A stretch of DNA of 64,000 nt from Euglena gracilis (Eukaryota), in the NCBI GenBank assembly GCA_039621445.1, contig CP154954.1, positions 186,001-250,000 on the forward strand, given 5' to 3'. Numbering within the stretch: the stretch's first letter is position 1; every line of letters starts with the position of its first letter. Both the position numbers and the translations under genes were made by a program. Below, one piece after another: positions 1-17,720 of this stretch. The notes under the pieces are model-generated. The model saw only the letters and a list, made by a program, of their open reading frames with translations. It made no database searches and had not been told where the DNA came from.

Positions 1-4468
<4,468 letters not shown>

Positions 4469-4660
4469 ATTTTAATAATAAAATAAAAATTATATTCGAA
4501 AAATCACTTTACAGTTATTTATAGATAATTTACATTATTATTATTAATAAGTTTTGCTACTAATTTTTGTCTATTTGAGGTCTAAAAATATAATACTCAC
4601 GTTTAGTTTCTTTTACTCTAGATAAGTCAGTTACGTTAGTTTCACAGTCAATATACGTAT

Positions 4661-4870
4661 CTACGATAATACACCATATGGCTTCAGCTTCTCAAGTAAA
4701 GAATAACTAATATCCTCCACAGTAAATGAAGATGAAACTTTATTATACATCAAAAATATGTTTTTAGCCGCTAAACGGAACGCAACTTTTTGCCTCACCT
4801 TACGGGACACGTCTGTTTCTATTGTGTAATTTTTTAACCTTTCATTTAATATATCTTTTTTACGTACCAT
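4661..4870 (-). CDS. Small hypothetical ORF (69 aa) at the edge of the accessory region
   Basis: ATG-started ORF with mixed composition; no recognisable motif. Confidence 0.3.
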   Translation of the reverse strand: MVRKKDILNERLKNYTIETDVSRKVRQKVAFRLAAKNIFLMYNKVSSSFTVEDISYSLLEKLKPYGVLS

Positions 4871-5199
4871 AGTAGTTTTCCTTGAATAATGTATTATTTT
4901 TTGCTTATTTCCCGTACATAGTATCTTAAATAGGAGTTGTATGCAGTCGTATTTAACGATTTACATGTTACATCCCTTTAATTGTAAAGAATTCTCATTA
5001 CTTTTCATACACATAGTTCAAAACCGTTTGCCTGAGGCAGATTACATTTATTTAGTAATAATATCATGTGAGTGACTTTTTTAAGTTATTAGTGCAATAT
5101 TGTGATTGTGTTATTGCGTGGTTAATGTTTACAAAACCATACCCCGTTTTGTCAGTAACGACCGAGAATTTGCTAAGTAAATTGCCCCCTAATAATAAT

Positions 5200-5260
5200 A
5201 ATAATATAATAATAAGTTAATAGATTAATAATAGGTTAATAGATTAATAATAGGTTATAA
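5200..5260. repeat. Short tandem repeat, about 19-nt unit (taataggttaatagattaa), about 2.5 copies, after a (taa)n run
   Basis: Read directly from the sequence. Confidence 0.7.
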
Positions 5261-5526
5261 CTCCAAATAAAACTAATCAAAAAATTACGTTAGAAAAAAG
5301 TAAAATCAAAGAAAAGTTCCTTTAATAAATTTGAAAAAAACGTTGGTAAAAACGCTAAATACCGACTGTCAGCTAGGAAAGTATTTCTTACATCTCCAAA
5401 ATGCCCTTTATCTTTAGAATATGTTGCAGAATTCCTTAAATTTAGATTTATTAAAGTACGATACCATAATAAAAGGTTATAAAAGTTGTTCCTGCTGACC
5501 TTAAACTAAAACCAATAAAAATAACA

Positions 5527-5570
5527 AAAACGTGTCCACTAGGATTTTATTCTCGGTGAACTTTAAAAAA
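5527..5570. repeat. Dispersed imperfect palindrome, copy 1 of 3
   Basis: aaaacgtgtccactaggattttattctcggtgaactttaaaaaa; related copies near 5668 and 7700. Confidence 0.85.
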
Positions 5571-5667
5571 GTTAATAACATTTTAATAACAACTAGCTAA
5601 CTAAATTATTTATATTTTTAATTAAATAATTTTATAATAATTATACTAATAATAACAATTTAATAAC

Positions 5668-5710
5668 AAACGTGTCCACTAGAATTTTATTCTTGGTGGA
5701 CTTTAAAAAA
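5668..5710. repeat. Dispersed imperfect palindrome, copy 2 of 3
   Basis: gtccac-t-agaat-ttt-attct-tg-gtggac hairpin just downstream of the 274-aa ORF. Confidence 0.85.
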
Positions 5711-5737
5711 TTTTAATGGAATAATATAATAACTTAA

Positions 5738-6562
5738 TTATTTATTAGTTATATTATCTAGTAACATACTAAGTAAAATATATAAGAAGTTCAAAGACCC
5801 AGTATATTCTCTTAAAAATAATGGCGATTCGTTGATAAATTTGATTTTATATTTGGAAGGAATTTCATATTTTGTATGCTGATATATTTTAATTTCAGCT
5901 AATTGATTTTTTTTATTTGCTTTTAGCAAAAGGTTATTAAGAACATAACAAAAACAAAGACCTCCTAGTTTTGGTACGTTTGATATATTTAAAATTTTAC
6001 CATTTTTAATAGTAGAAAAAAAGCTTTCAACTAAATTTTTAGTCCATACTCTTTTTTCATCAAATATCACATATATATTTAAATATAGCTGTGATTTTAC
6101 TGCTTTACATTCTAATTTTAGATATGTCTCTTGAAGAATTTTATCTTTGGAATCAGTATGTATTAATATTACAGGTTCTACCGAATACATTATCCATAGA
6201 ATATCTTCACTTGTAATTAAATTAAGAAAATCTCTTATAAGGCTAGTATTAAAACTATCACATACGAAAATCTCAATTTTTAATTTTACAAAAAAAACGT
6301 TATTTTCATTGCTATAAAACTTAGTTAAACTAAACGAAACAAATTTTATTTTTTTGTATGATTTTCTTACGTTCGTTAAGTTAACATTTTCATTCAATCT
6401 ATTTTGAAAAGAACGTTTAACAGAATTTATTGTATTATCTGTAAGTGATTTATTAGTAATTATATTATAAATTTCTCCTTGATTAATATCGTCAATATTT
6501 TTATTTTGCCACGGTTTAATTGATTTATATAAAAATTGTTTAAGGATTCTATCAATAGACAT
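5738..6562 (-). CDS. Hypothetical protein, 274 aa; member of the accessory cassette
   Basis: Intron-free ORF starting 17 nt after the stop of the 295-aa ORF; a degenerate homologue lies at about 58000-58352. Confidence 0.8.
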   Translation of the reverse strand: MSIDRILKQFLYKSIKPWQNKNIDDINQGEIYNIITNKSLTDNTINSVKRSFQNRLNENVNLTNVRKSYKKIKFVSFSLTKFYSNENNVFFVKLKIEIFVCDSFNTSLIRDFLNLITSEDILWIMYSVEPVILIHTDSKDKILQETYLKLECKAVKSQLYLNIYVIFDEKRVWTKNLVESFFSTIKNGKILNISNVPKLGGLCFCYVLNNLLLKANKKNQLAEIKIYQHTKYEIPSKYKIKFINESPLFLREYTGSLNFLYILLSMLLDNITNK

Positions 6563-6579
6563 CCAATTAAAATACCACT

Positions 6580-7467
6580 CTATTTCATTATTGTTCTTTT
6601 TTTTTTATAAGTACAAATAAAAACATCCGAATATTTTGGTTTACTTTGAGAATTTAAAATATTTATTTCTAGAATTAATAATTCTAAAATATAATTGCAA
6701 AATAAATCTCTTATTTTTTTCCCTTTATTGTTAATATTTATTAAATCCTCACACTTTTTTGTATATTTTTCGGTTATTGCTAAAAATTCTGAATCCTCGA
6801 AAAAGCTCTTAATTTCAAATTGTTTTTCTTTTTTTATTTCTATTTTTTCTATTTCTTCGTCATTATCGATTTTTTTTGCTAAAACAGTTTTTCTTTTTTC
6901 TTTATCAATCTCTTCCGGACCTTTTTTTAAAACTTCAAGGAAAATTTTAGGTAGAAAATAATTTCCCCTTGCTTTCTCAATTAAATTATATTGAGTAATA
7001 AATTTAAAACTTAAACAGTTATTATTTTTAGATTCATAGCGCGGTATTCTATTCCAAAAAAGTTCCTCTTCGGGGTCTCGGCAATTAATAATAAAACCAC
7101 CAACATTGCCAGGACTATCCCCTTTAGCTTTTTCGATACTTATAATTGTATTTTTATCAAAACTAAACAAGTCTTCTAAATATTTTGGCCGACAATTTTT
7201 CTTTAGTTCGAGGTAAGCTTTAATAAAAATATCGGTTTCTTTCTGAAAATCCACGTATTTGCATATGGTATACATAATAAAAGAAATTTTATCGTCGTTT
7301 ATTATTGCATGCCATTTTTTAATAAAAGAATAATCCATTTCTATTAAAGATTGAAAATTTGTCCTTATTAAAATTCTCCAATTACGTGTTATATTATAAC
7401 TACCATAATATCTCGAACTTGTGGTGTTAATTTTGAATTTGTATTTTTTTCTTAATTTTTGAACCAT
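6580..7467 (-). CDS. Hypothetical protein, 295 aa; paralogue of the 351-aa ORF; possible inactivated HUH/Rep-fold protein
   Basis: GGGAG ribosome-binding site 7 nt upstream; aligns by eye with 58374-59429 (FIKKW..IN...ISFI.Y; Y.E..KN.R...L..LFSF.KN; PR.E......LSF.F). Confidence 0.85.
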   Translation of the reverse strand: MVQKLRKKYKFKINTTSSRYYGSYNITRNWRILIRTNFQSLIEMDYSFIKKWHAIINDDKISFIMYTICKYVDFQKETDIFIKAYLELKKNCRPKYLEDLFSFDKNTIISIEKAKGDSPGNVGGFIINCRDPEEELFWNRIPRYESKNNNCLSFKFITQYNLIEKARGNYFLPKIFLEVLKKGPEEIDKEKRKTVLAKKIDNDEEIEKIEIKKEKQFEIKSFFEDSEFLAITEKYTKKCEDLININNKGKKIRDLFCNYILELLILEINILNSQSKPKYSDVFICTYKKKRTIMK

Positions 7468-7698
7468 AATTATTCTCCCATAAAAAATTTGTCCAATTAA
7501 CTATAACTATATTCTTTCAACAATAGTTTATTGTTGACCTACCCAATTAATTTAACGCTTAATGCTCATACAACAAATTAGCTATTTAATAACAATTTAA
7601 TAACAAGTTAGCAATAAAATAAAAATTAATTTGATAATAATTATACTAGTAATAATATTTATAATGATTTTAATCACAACTTTATAACAAAAAATAAC

Positions 7699-7742
7699 AA
7701 AAACGTGTCCGCTGGTATTTTATTCTCAGCGAACTTTATTTT
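7699..7742. repeat. Dispersed imperfect palindrome, copy 3 of 3
   Basis: aaaaacgtgtccgctggtattttattctcagcgaacttta; arms covary relative to copies 1 and 2. Confidence 0.8.
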
Positions 7743-7814
7743 TTTTTTTGAAGTTTTGTTTTTGAATTGTTCATTTTATTCTCCCAAAAATAATAGAGCA
7801 ATAATTTTCTAAAT

Positions 7815-8050
7815 TTTTTTATTCTCCGGGCGGACAGAAAAAAAAAAATTTATTAAAAAAAAATTTTAAGTTTTATTAAACTTAAAATAATTGTTAAAAA
7901 AATGCCTCATGCTTTTCAAAATTAATTCGAACTTTTGATGTCAAGAGGCATTTTTTAACAAATTAATGTTACCACTAATTTTCCGCCCTAGAATAAATAT
8001 AACATATTTATAACAAATAACAAATTAGTAATATTTTTATTACTAATAAA
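7815..8050. other. Cluster of nested inverted repeats (candidate origin or terminator region)
   Basis: Perfect 11-bp stem at 7863-7888; near-perfect 17-18-bp arms at 7891-7908 and 7945-7961; imperfect outer arms near 7818-7836 and 7981-7997; 9-bp stem ttagtaata/tattactaa near 8025-8046. Confidence 0.75.
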
Positions 8051-8074
8051 ATAATAACATATAATAAAAACGTA

Positions 8075-9298
8075 TTAATTAGTATTTTTTTGATTATCAT
8101 TTCCTTCATTTTCATCATTCATATTAGCTTTTTTTAAGAATTCTTGAATATAAACTTTAGTTTTACTTTCAAGTTCTCTGTATTCCTTTGATTTTTCCAT
8201 TTCTGAATTATGAAAATGTGGGGGAAGTAATTTATCATCGGCATTTAATTGATAAGGTAGTATGCCTTCCATTTCAATTCCTTTTTCTTTAAAAAATTGT
8301 TCCAAAACTTTATAAGGTTTTGACGACATTATAGCTTTTGGTAAAGCAGGAGATAAAAGTACTTTAACACTATTTTTTCGATTATGAACTTTTAACGTTG
8401 TTTCTAAAGAGTTAAATAAATTTTTTAGCTCATCTACATTTTGATACTCTAAAATGCTAGAGTCTGAAAAAATTATCGCATCGTAATGACAAGTATTTCT
8501 AAATCGCAGTAAATCCTTAGCTTCCTTAACTACTAGAAGATAAAAGCCTTTGAATTGCAAATAAGATTCAAAAAAATCTATTAAATACCTAAGCTCACCG
8601 CCTAAAATTAAAAATACTTTATTTTCACCCATATTCAGATAAGATTCATAAATGTCTAACATCCACCTTAAATCTCGAGGTATCACATAGTCATTAAAAT
8701 TAATTTTTGCTTTAACTCCTAACCTTGTGCTTAAATATATGTTTCTAAGTCGTTTTTCAATAGCATCACCTTTATATACAAATTCAGAAGGTTTTTCTTT
8801 TTCAAACAACAACATAGCATCCGCTATCTCTCCTTTTTTTGCTAATTCAATCATCCTTTCTTCTAATGGACAATATTCAAAATATTTACCATACTTTTTC
8901 AAAATTGATGGAGAAGCCATGAAATTTTTTGAAGCATCTACAAAGTTAAATATTTGTTTTGTTAAATAGTCCAACAAATCTTTCTCGTTATTAACTGTTT
9001 GAACATATGCACTATAAGTTTTAGAATCAACATATATATCAAAAAAATTTGCTGCCTTAGTGTCTATTTTTTTAATAAAAACGAAATATGAGTGTACATG
9101 AGGGTATCCGGTTTTATGAAACTATCTTACCAACGCATAATCAACTAGTCCATATTTTACTTCAAATTTATTTTTAAAAAAATTTAAAATTTCTGAAAGA
9201 TCTGCGGAACAATAAGAATAGGTTAAAAAAACTTTTTTTGATGAAATACGTCTCATATTATTATCAATGTTATTTTTGTTCGTATTTAATAAATTCAT
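8075..9298 (-). pseudogene. Geminivirus/CRESS-type rolling-circle Rep (HUH endonuclease plus degenerate SF3 helicase), 407 codons with one in-frame TAG at 9122-9124
   Basis: Manual translation upstream of the 300-aa ORF in the same frame: MNLLNTNKNNIDNNMRRISSKKVFLTYSYCSADLSEILNFFKNKFEVKYGLVDYALVR*FHKTGYPHVHSYFVFIKKIDTKAANFFDI...DLLDYLTKQ. Motif I FLTYS, motif II PHVH, GRS-like FFD, motif III YLTK. GGGAGG precedes the ATG at 9298. Confidence 0.85.
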
Positions 9299-10012
9299 AA
9301 AACCTCCCTATTTAATTTTTTATCATTTTTAAAAGACATAAAAATTGCATTTAAATTTTTTTTAATTGCTACAAATTTTTTGATGTAGTAATCTGGCCTT
9401 TCTTTTTTTAAAAGAGATAGAGCCTTAAAAATATTGCCTTTTTCAGCTAGTTTTATCATGCGGTTCCAAAGTGACAACATTTGGTAATGATCATCTAATT
9501 TTACAGACAAACACGGACTAATTACTAACGAATCAGTAAAATCTTGTATACCATATGCTCTCTGACTTAAAACCATTTTTATTATATAATCGATAGAATA
9601 TTCTTCTGACTTAGCTGCGCTATAATTTCCACAAACTGTAACCTCTTCACAGTCTTTTTTTAATCTCAAATCCAAAAAACGAGTCGAGCGCGTATCTAAT
9701 CGTTTATCCACTTTAATGTAAGCATAAAAGTTAGCGGTTCTGCCTTTAAGGTAATCTCGTCCAACAATATAAGATAGTATTTTAACAATCCTTACTAGAA
9801 ATAGATTTATTCGATATATATAAATTTAAAATAGATTCCATATTAATATTGTGAGATTCACAAAAAGCACGCCAAAATTCAGAATCTAAATTATATATTT
9901 TTCCTTTCTTTTTTCGTAAGGCCAAATAAGATTCTATTTGGTTTTTATTAAGAAAAGAACCTTTACCTTCAACGCTCTTTTCAAAGTTTAGATTATCATA
10001 TTCGGATAACAT
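9295..10012 (-). pseudogene. Second, degenerate Rep-like N-terminal paralogue split by a frameshift near 9783 (76-aa ORF plus 138-161-aa ORF)
   Basis: SYIVGRDYLKGRTANFYAYIKVDKRLDTRSTRFLDL...SIDYIIK...RMIKLAEKGNIFKALSLLKKERP aligns with Rep DYALVR*FHKTGYPHVHSYFVFIKKIDTKAANFFDI...LLDYLTK...RMIELAKKGEIADAMLLFEKEKP. Its TGA overlaps the Rep ATG. Confidence 0.7.
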
Positions 10013-10283
10013 AACATTTTTTTTTTACTTAAATTCTTGCCTAAAAGTCGAATTTTGAATTTTAATTTAATTAAATTAAAGAATAAATGAGTGAATCGAA
10101 ACCAAAAACGTTTAAATCAAACTGTCAGTTTCAATACACTAACTACACTATTTTATAGTTTAAGTAATAATATACTATAAAACAAACATAATTTTAAACT
10201 ATTAATAATTGAAAAAATTTTTATTATAAAAAATCTATCAACATAAATTAAAAACGTATAATTTAATAAAACAATAAATTAAA

Positions 10284-12108
10284 CTACTTTTTAAGTTGAG
10301 TGACCTGGAATCTAGCACGTGCTTTTTTTAAATTTAAAGTTAATTCAAATTTTCTCTTAATATCTTTATTCATTTCTAAAGCATGTTTAGATGAATTATA
10401 AGAAATCTGTGCTTGTTCTACATTAATTTCGGAACCAAATTCTGCTTCATTGACTAATATAGTAACGTTATTGCTATTAATTAATGCAAAACCTCCTGTT
10501 ACAACCAAACTAGTCCAATCGGAAGAAGACTTTTGACGAACTAAGATTATACCTATATCTAATCCAGTCAATATTGGAATATTTAGATAGAAAAAAATTT
10601 ATCATTAAAAATTAATAAATTAAGTTAATTTTTTCCCCAACAATACAGTACGGGAGATTTAAATCTCATACGGCATTTAACAAAAAATCTTTTAAAATTT
10701 GCTTAAAAATTGACTAAAACTAAATTGTGATAGAATCAAAAGTACTAAAAAAAACAAAAATTTTGTAAATAATTTACATAAAAATACACATTCCTTACCA
10801 TTGCATACAAATTTAAAAATTTTTTAGATTCAAATATTATATCTTACAAATTATGTTTATCAAGTATTGTTTTTAAAAAAATTAAAACTATTAAAAATTT
10901 TTTCTAAAACATGTAAAAACACTTTAAATAGTTATAAAATAACAGTTTAAATATATTCTTCTAAAACAAGACTTAAATATACATTTTCAAAATAAACTAT
11001 AAATTATATTAATCTTAAAATTTTAAATTTTTCTTATTTATAAAAAATAATTTATAAAAAAGTAAATTTTAAATTTTAGAAAATATTCAAAGCTACCACG
11101 CACAAACAAAATGTTAATGCAGAAAATAAAAATAATTAACTAATATGGTTAAAAGTAAAAGTAAAGTTAAATCTCAAACAAGCATTTATCAAAAAATTAT
11201 AATTAATAAAATTAACAAACGTTTTAATAATGTGTCACACATGGTCTTTAAGAACCCCCATCTGACCACTTAAAGTAGGAAGAATAATTTCTTCAACTCG
11301 TTTTTCCCAAAAAACTCTTTCAGGAATAAGTAAAGTAGAAAATATAAATTCAATTTTGAAAATTTTATTCACAAACTAAACAAAAATTGTTGATTTATTT
11401 AGCTTTTCAACATACTATCGCAAAAAAGGTTAGGTTGTTTTATATTATATAAAACTCTAAAACAAGACTTATTAAAACTAAAATGTAAAATTTTCTTTAG
11501 AATAAAAATTTATAGAAAATTAAATTAAAACCTATTCTCTTTGCTTTTATTGGTCTACTAAAATAATAAATAAATTTCAATTACCAAAAAATAAAATAAT
11601 TTTACTTTTCATACAGAAAAGTTTAAAAAAGAGAATAAAATCCCCAAAAACGAAAATTATTTAAAAAATTAACTTTTGAAAAATAAATACTCAAGAAAAA
11701 AGATTTAAACTAGAATTTAATGAAAAAAGAAATATATTAGCGAACTAAAATTTCTCTTAAAAAACTGTACAAGTAAAAAAAAACATACAGCTTAAACATT
11801 TAATTTTAAATAAAAATATGTCAAAAGTTTATTCTTTATTAAAAAAAAATCCAAAATAAAACCTATTTACGTTCTACTTGAAAAATTACTAAACTTATTA
11901 ACAAATTATTGAAAATATTAAGATTAACCAATTAGATTAACCAATTTTTTAATTAATATGAATAGCCAAAAACATACAATTTAAGGAAAATTTACTTAAC
12001 TTAAAAAAAACACATAAATAAAATTTTATTTCTTATCTTTTATTTTAACTTATACCTAATAAACTAAAAGCAACTTCGTAACGTACTAATTGATACATCT
12101 AATGTCAT
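10284..12108 (-). CDS. atpE: ATP synthase CF1 epsilon subunit, 2 introns
   Basis: Exons: MTLDVS at 12108; PERVFWEKRVEEIILPTLSGQMGVLKDH near 11232-11330; IPILTGLDIG...ARARFQ 10284-10582. Confidence 0.95.
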
Positions 12109-12258
12109 TGTAAAAAAATTATAATTTTTCGTAGTCAAACTAAAAAAACAAAGTGGAAACATTATGTTTACTCAACAAAGCATAACTAAATAAATATTAA
12201 TAAAAGCTTTTTAAGTAAGATATAGTTAAAAATTATTTACAATACGTCAATAATAATT

Positions 12259-15306
<3,048 letters not shown>

Positions 15307-15373
15307 TAAACAAGGCTCAAGGGTTCCTTATAATTAAGAAATACATCGTAAAAATCATAAACACAAAGAATTT

Positions 15374-17465
15374 TTATAAAGGTCCAGAAATGCCTTGTTT
15401 ACGTATCATTAAAAAATGTCCTAACATAAAAGTAGCTGTTAACAAAGGTAAAACAAATGTATGTAAACTATAAAAACGAGTTAAAGTAGACTGTCCCACA
15501 CTAACACTTCCTCTCAATAACTCAACAATAAAATTTCCAATTAATGGAATAGCTTCGGGAACACCTGTTACAATTTTAACTGCCCAATAACCAACTTGAT
15601 CCCAAGGTAAAGAATAACCTGTAACACCAAAAGAAACAGTTAAAATTGCCAAAATTATACCCGTAACCCAAGTTAACTCTCTAGGTTTTTTAAACCCACC
15701 AGTTAAATAAACTCGGCAAACATGTAATATCATCATTAAAACCATCATACTAGCGGACCAACGATGAATTGAACGAATAAGCCACCCGAAATTAACTTCA
15801 TTCATAATATATTTAACAGAAAGAAAAGCTTCTGTAACAGTTGGACGATAATAAAAAGTCATTGCAAAACCAGTAGCTACTTGAATAATAAAACAAGTAA
15901 ATGTTATGCCACCAAGACAATAAAAAATGTTTACGTGAGGAGGAACATATTTACTGCAAAAACTAGTCATTTAAAAAATGATTGTTTTCCAACCCTACAA
16001 GATTGAAAAATAACTAATCAAATAATCAAAAGGCTTTTTATAAAAAAATTATTATTAAAAAATAGTTTTATCGATCTTTTATATAAACTTTTAAAAAGTC
16101 TCTGAATTATAAAAAATTTATTTAGTATTATAAAAACAACAAATATAAATACATTCAATAAATATTTAAAAAAATAAAAATAACATTAAATAATTAAAAA
16201 ACATATATATTTTAAACAATTTAGAACTTTTTAAACTACTAATATTTTATCATAAACATTTTACTAACCAACAAATCTATAAAATTTCAAATAAAAAAGT
16301 ATCTATAATTTAAAACATAAAAAATTTTATAAAACAAATTAAAATGTAAAAAAAAATTTATTAATAAAAACAATTAATTATCTTAAAATTAAGACTAAAT
16401 ATTTATAAACTAAAGCATTTATTCATTAAGATTTTTGTAAATAAATAATCATAATCTAGAATTGAAAAATAATAATACAAACCAAATCGCACTAACATCG
16501 TCAGCAATCGCTTGAATCTCCAATCTTTCCTCGTACAGGTAAGCAAGCTCCCTTAAAAACAAAACAAGATATAGATAATCATTTTGCTTTATAATTCTTA
16601 AAAACGAATACCAGTTAAAATTCCATATTAACAAATACAACAAATCGCAATTAAAATAAGAATTTTATTGAATTTTTTCCTACCTTAATAAAACCGTTTA
16701 ATAGAATCCTAAATATTATTTTTTAATTTTGTAAAAATATAAAAGAAATGATATTCAAATTATTATATCTTAAAAAATTAATTCAGAGAAGCTACAACTT
16801 AGAAAAACACAACTACAATTATTTAAAATGAATTAAAGTATAACTTTATTATAATACTTTATTCGCAAACTGAAAAAATATTACTACATATACACAGCTT
16901 TTGTCAAAACTAAAATTATCTAAAATTAGATAAGCGATCTTTATAACTCGTAACAAAAATAAAAATTTTTATTTTCTTTTGAAACTTACAGGTAATTTTA
17001 AATATTGATTCTTTTAAGAAATAACATTTAATTTAATAAAAATTAAAATATATAAAAAATATTATGTATTTCCAATTATTTTTAATCAATATTTAAACTT
17101 AGATTAAAATAGTACTTAGAAATTTTTATTAAATTTTTGATTCAAATTATAATATCCTAAAACAAAAACATAAAACTTTAAGTTAACCCTTTTTTTATAA
17201 AAAAAATAGTAAAAATTATACTGTAACAAACAAAGTTTTTTCCATTACCGAAAAAGTTTAACAAGCAAAAAATTTGCTATTTAACATACAAATGCTAAAT
17301 TACGGAGCAATAAAATAATTAAAATTTTATAAATAACTTTCTAAATTTATATGAAATTAGGCTTCAAACTATCAAATAGCTAAAAAACGCTAAGTAAAAA
17401 TCTTCAGGAATTATAACCTAATATGCTAAATTCGGTCCGCACAACCAATCGTAAACTCGACTCAT
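15374..17465 (-). CDS. petB: Cytochrome b6, 2 introns
   Basis: MSRVYDW at 17465; [13 protein letters not shown] near 16492-16535; [15 protein letters not shown]...[10 protein letters not shown]. Confidence 0.98.
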
Positions 17466-17720
17466 AAAAAGAGAAACTTATCAAACAAGAATTAAAATTT
17501 CAAGTATGCATTATAAAGATAAAAGAATTCATTATACCTAACTTCATGCAATATAAATACACAAAAAATTTTATATTAAAAACTTAAAATTCTCAAATAT
17601 ATACGAATATAAATAAAACACATTAAATCAAAACCAACAATTTTCGAATTGGAATAAAAATTCTTTAATTTTAAAAAGTCAGCCAAAAATAATATACTAA
17701 AATAAAAGTAATATAAATTT

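Noticed and set aside
6695-8969. Plus-strand ORFs of 88 aa and 80 aa
   Set aside because: Antisense shadows of the 295-aa ORF and Rep.
9122-9124. Programmed readthrough or recoding of the Rep TAG
   Set aside because: TAG serves as a normal stop elsewhere (atpE, rpoB); a single GAG-to-TAG mutation is simpler.
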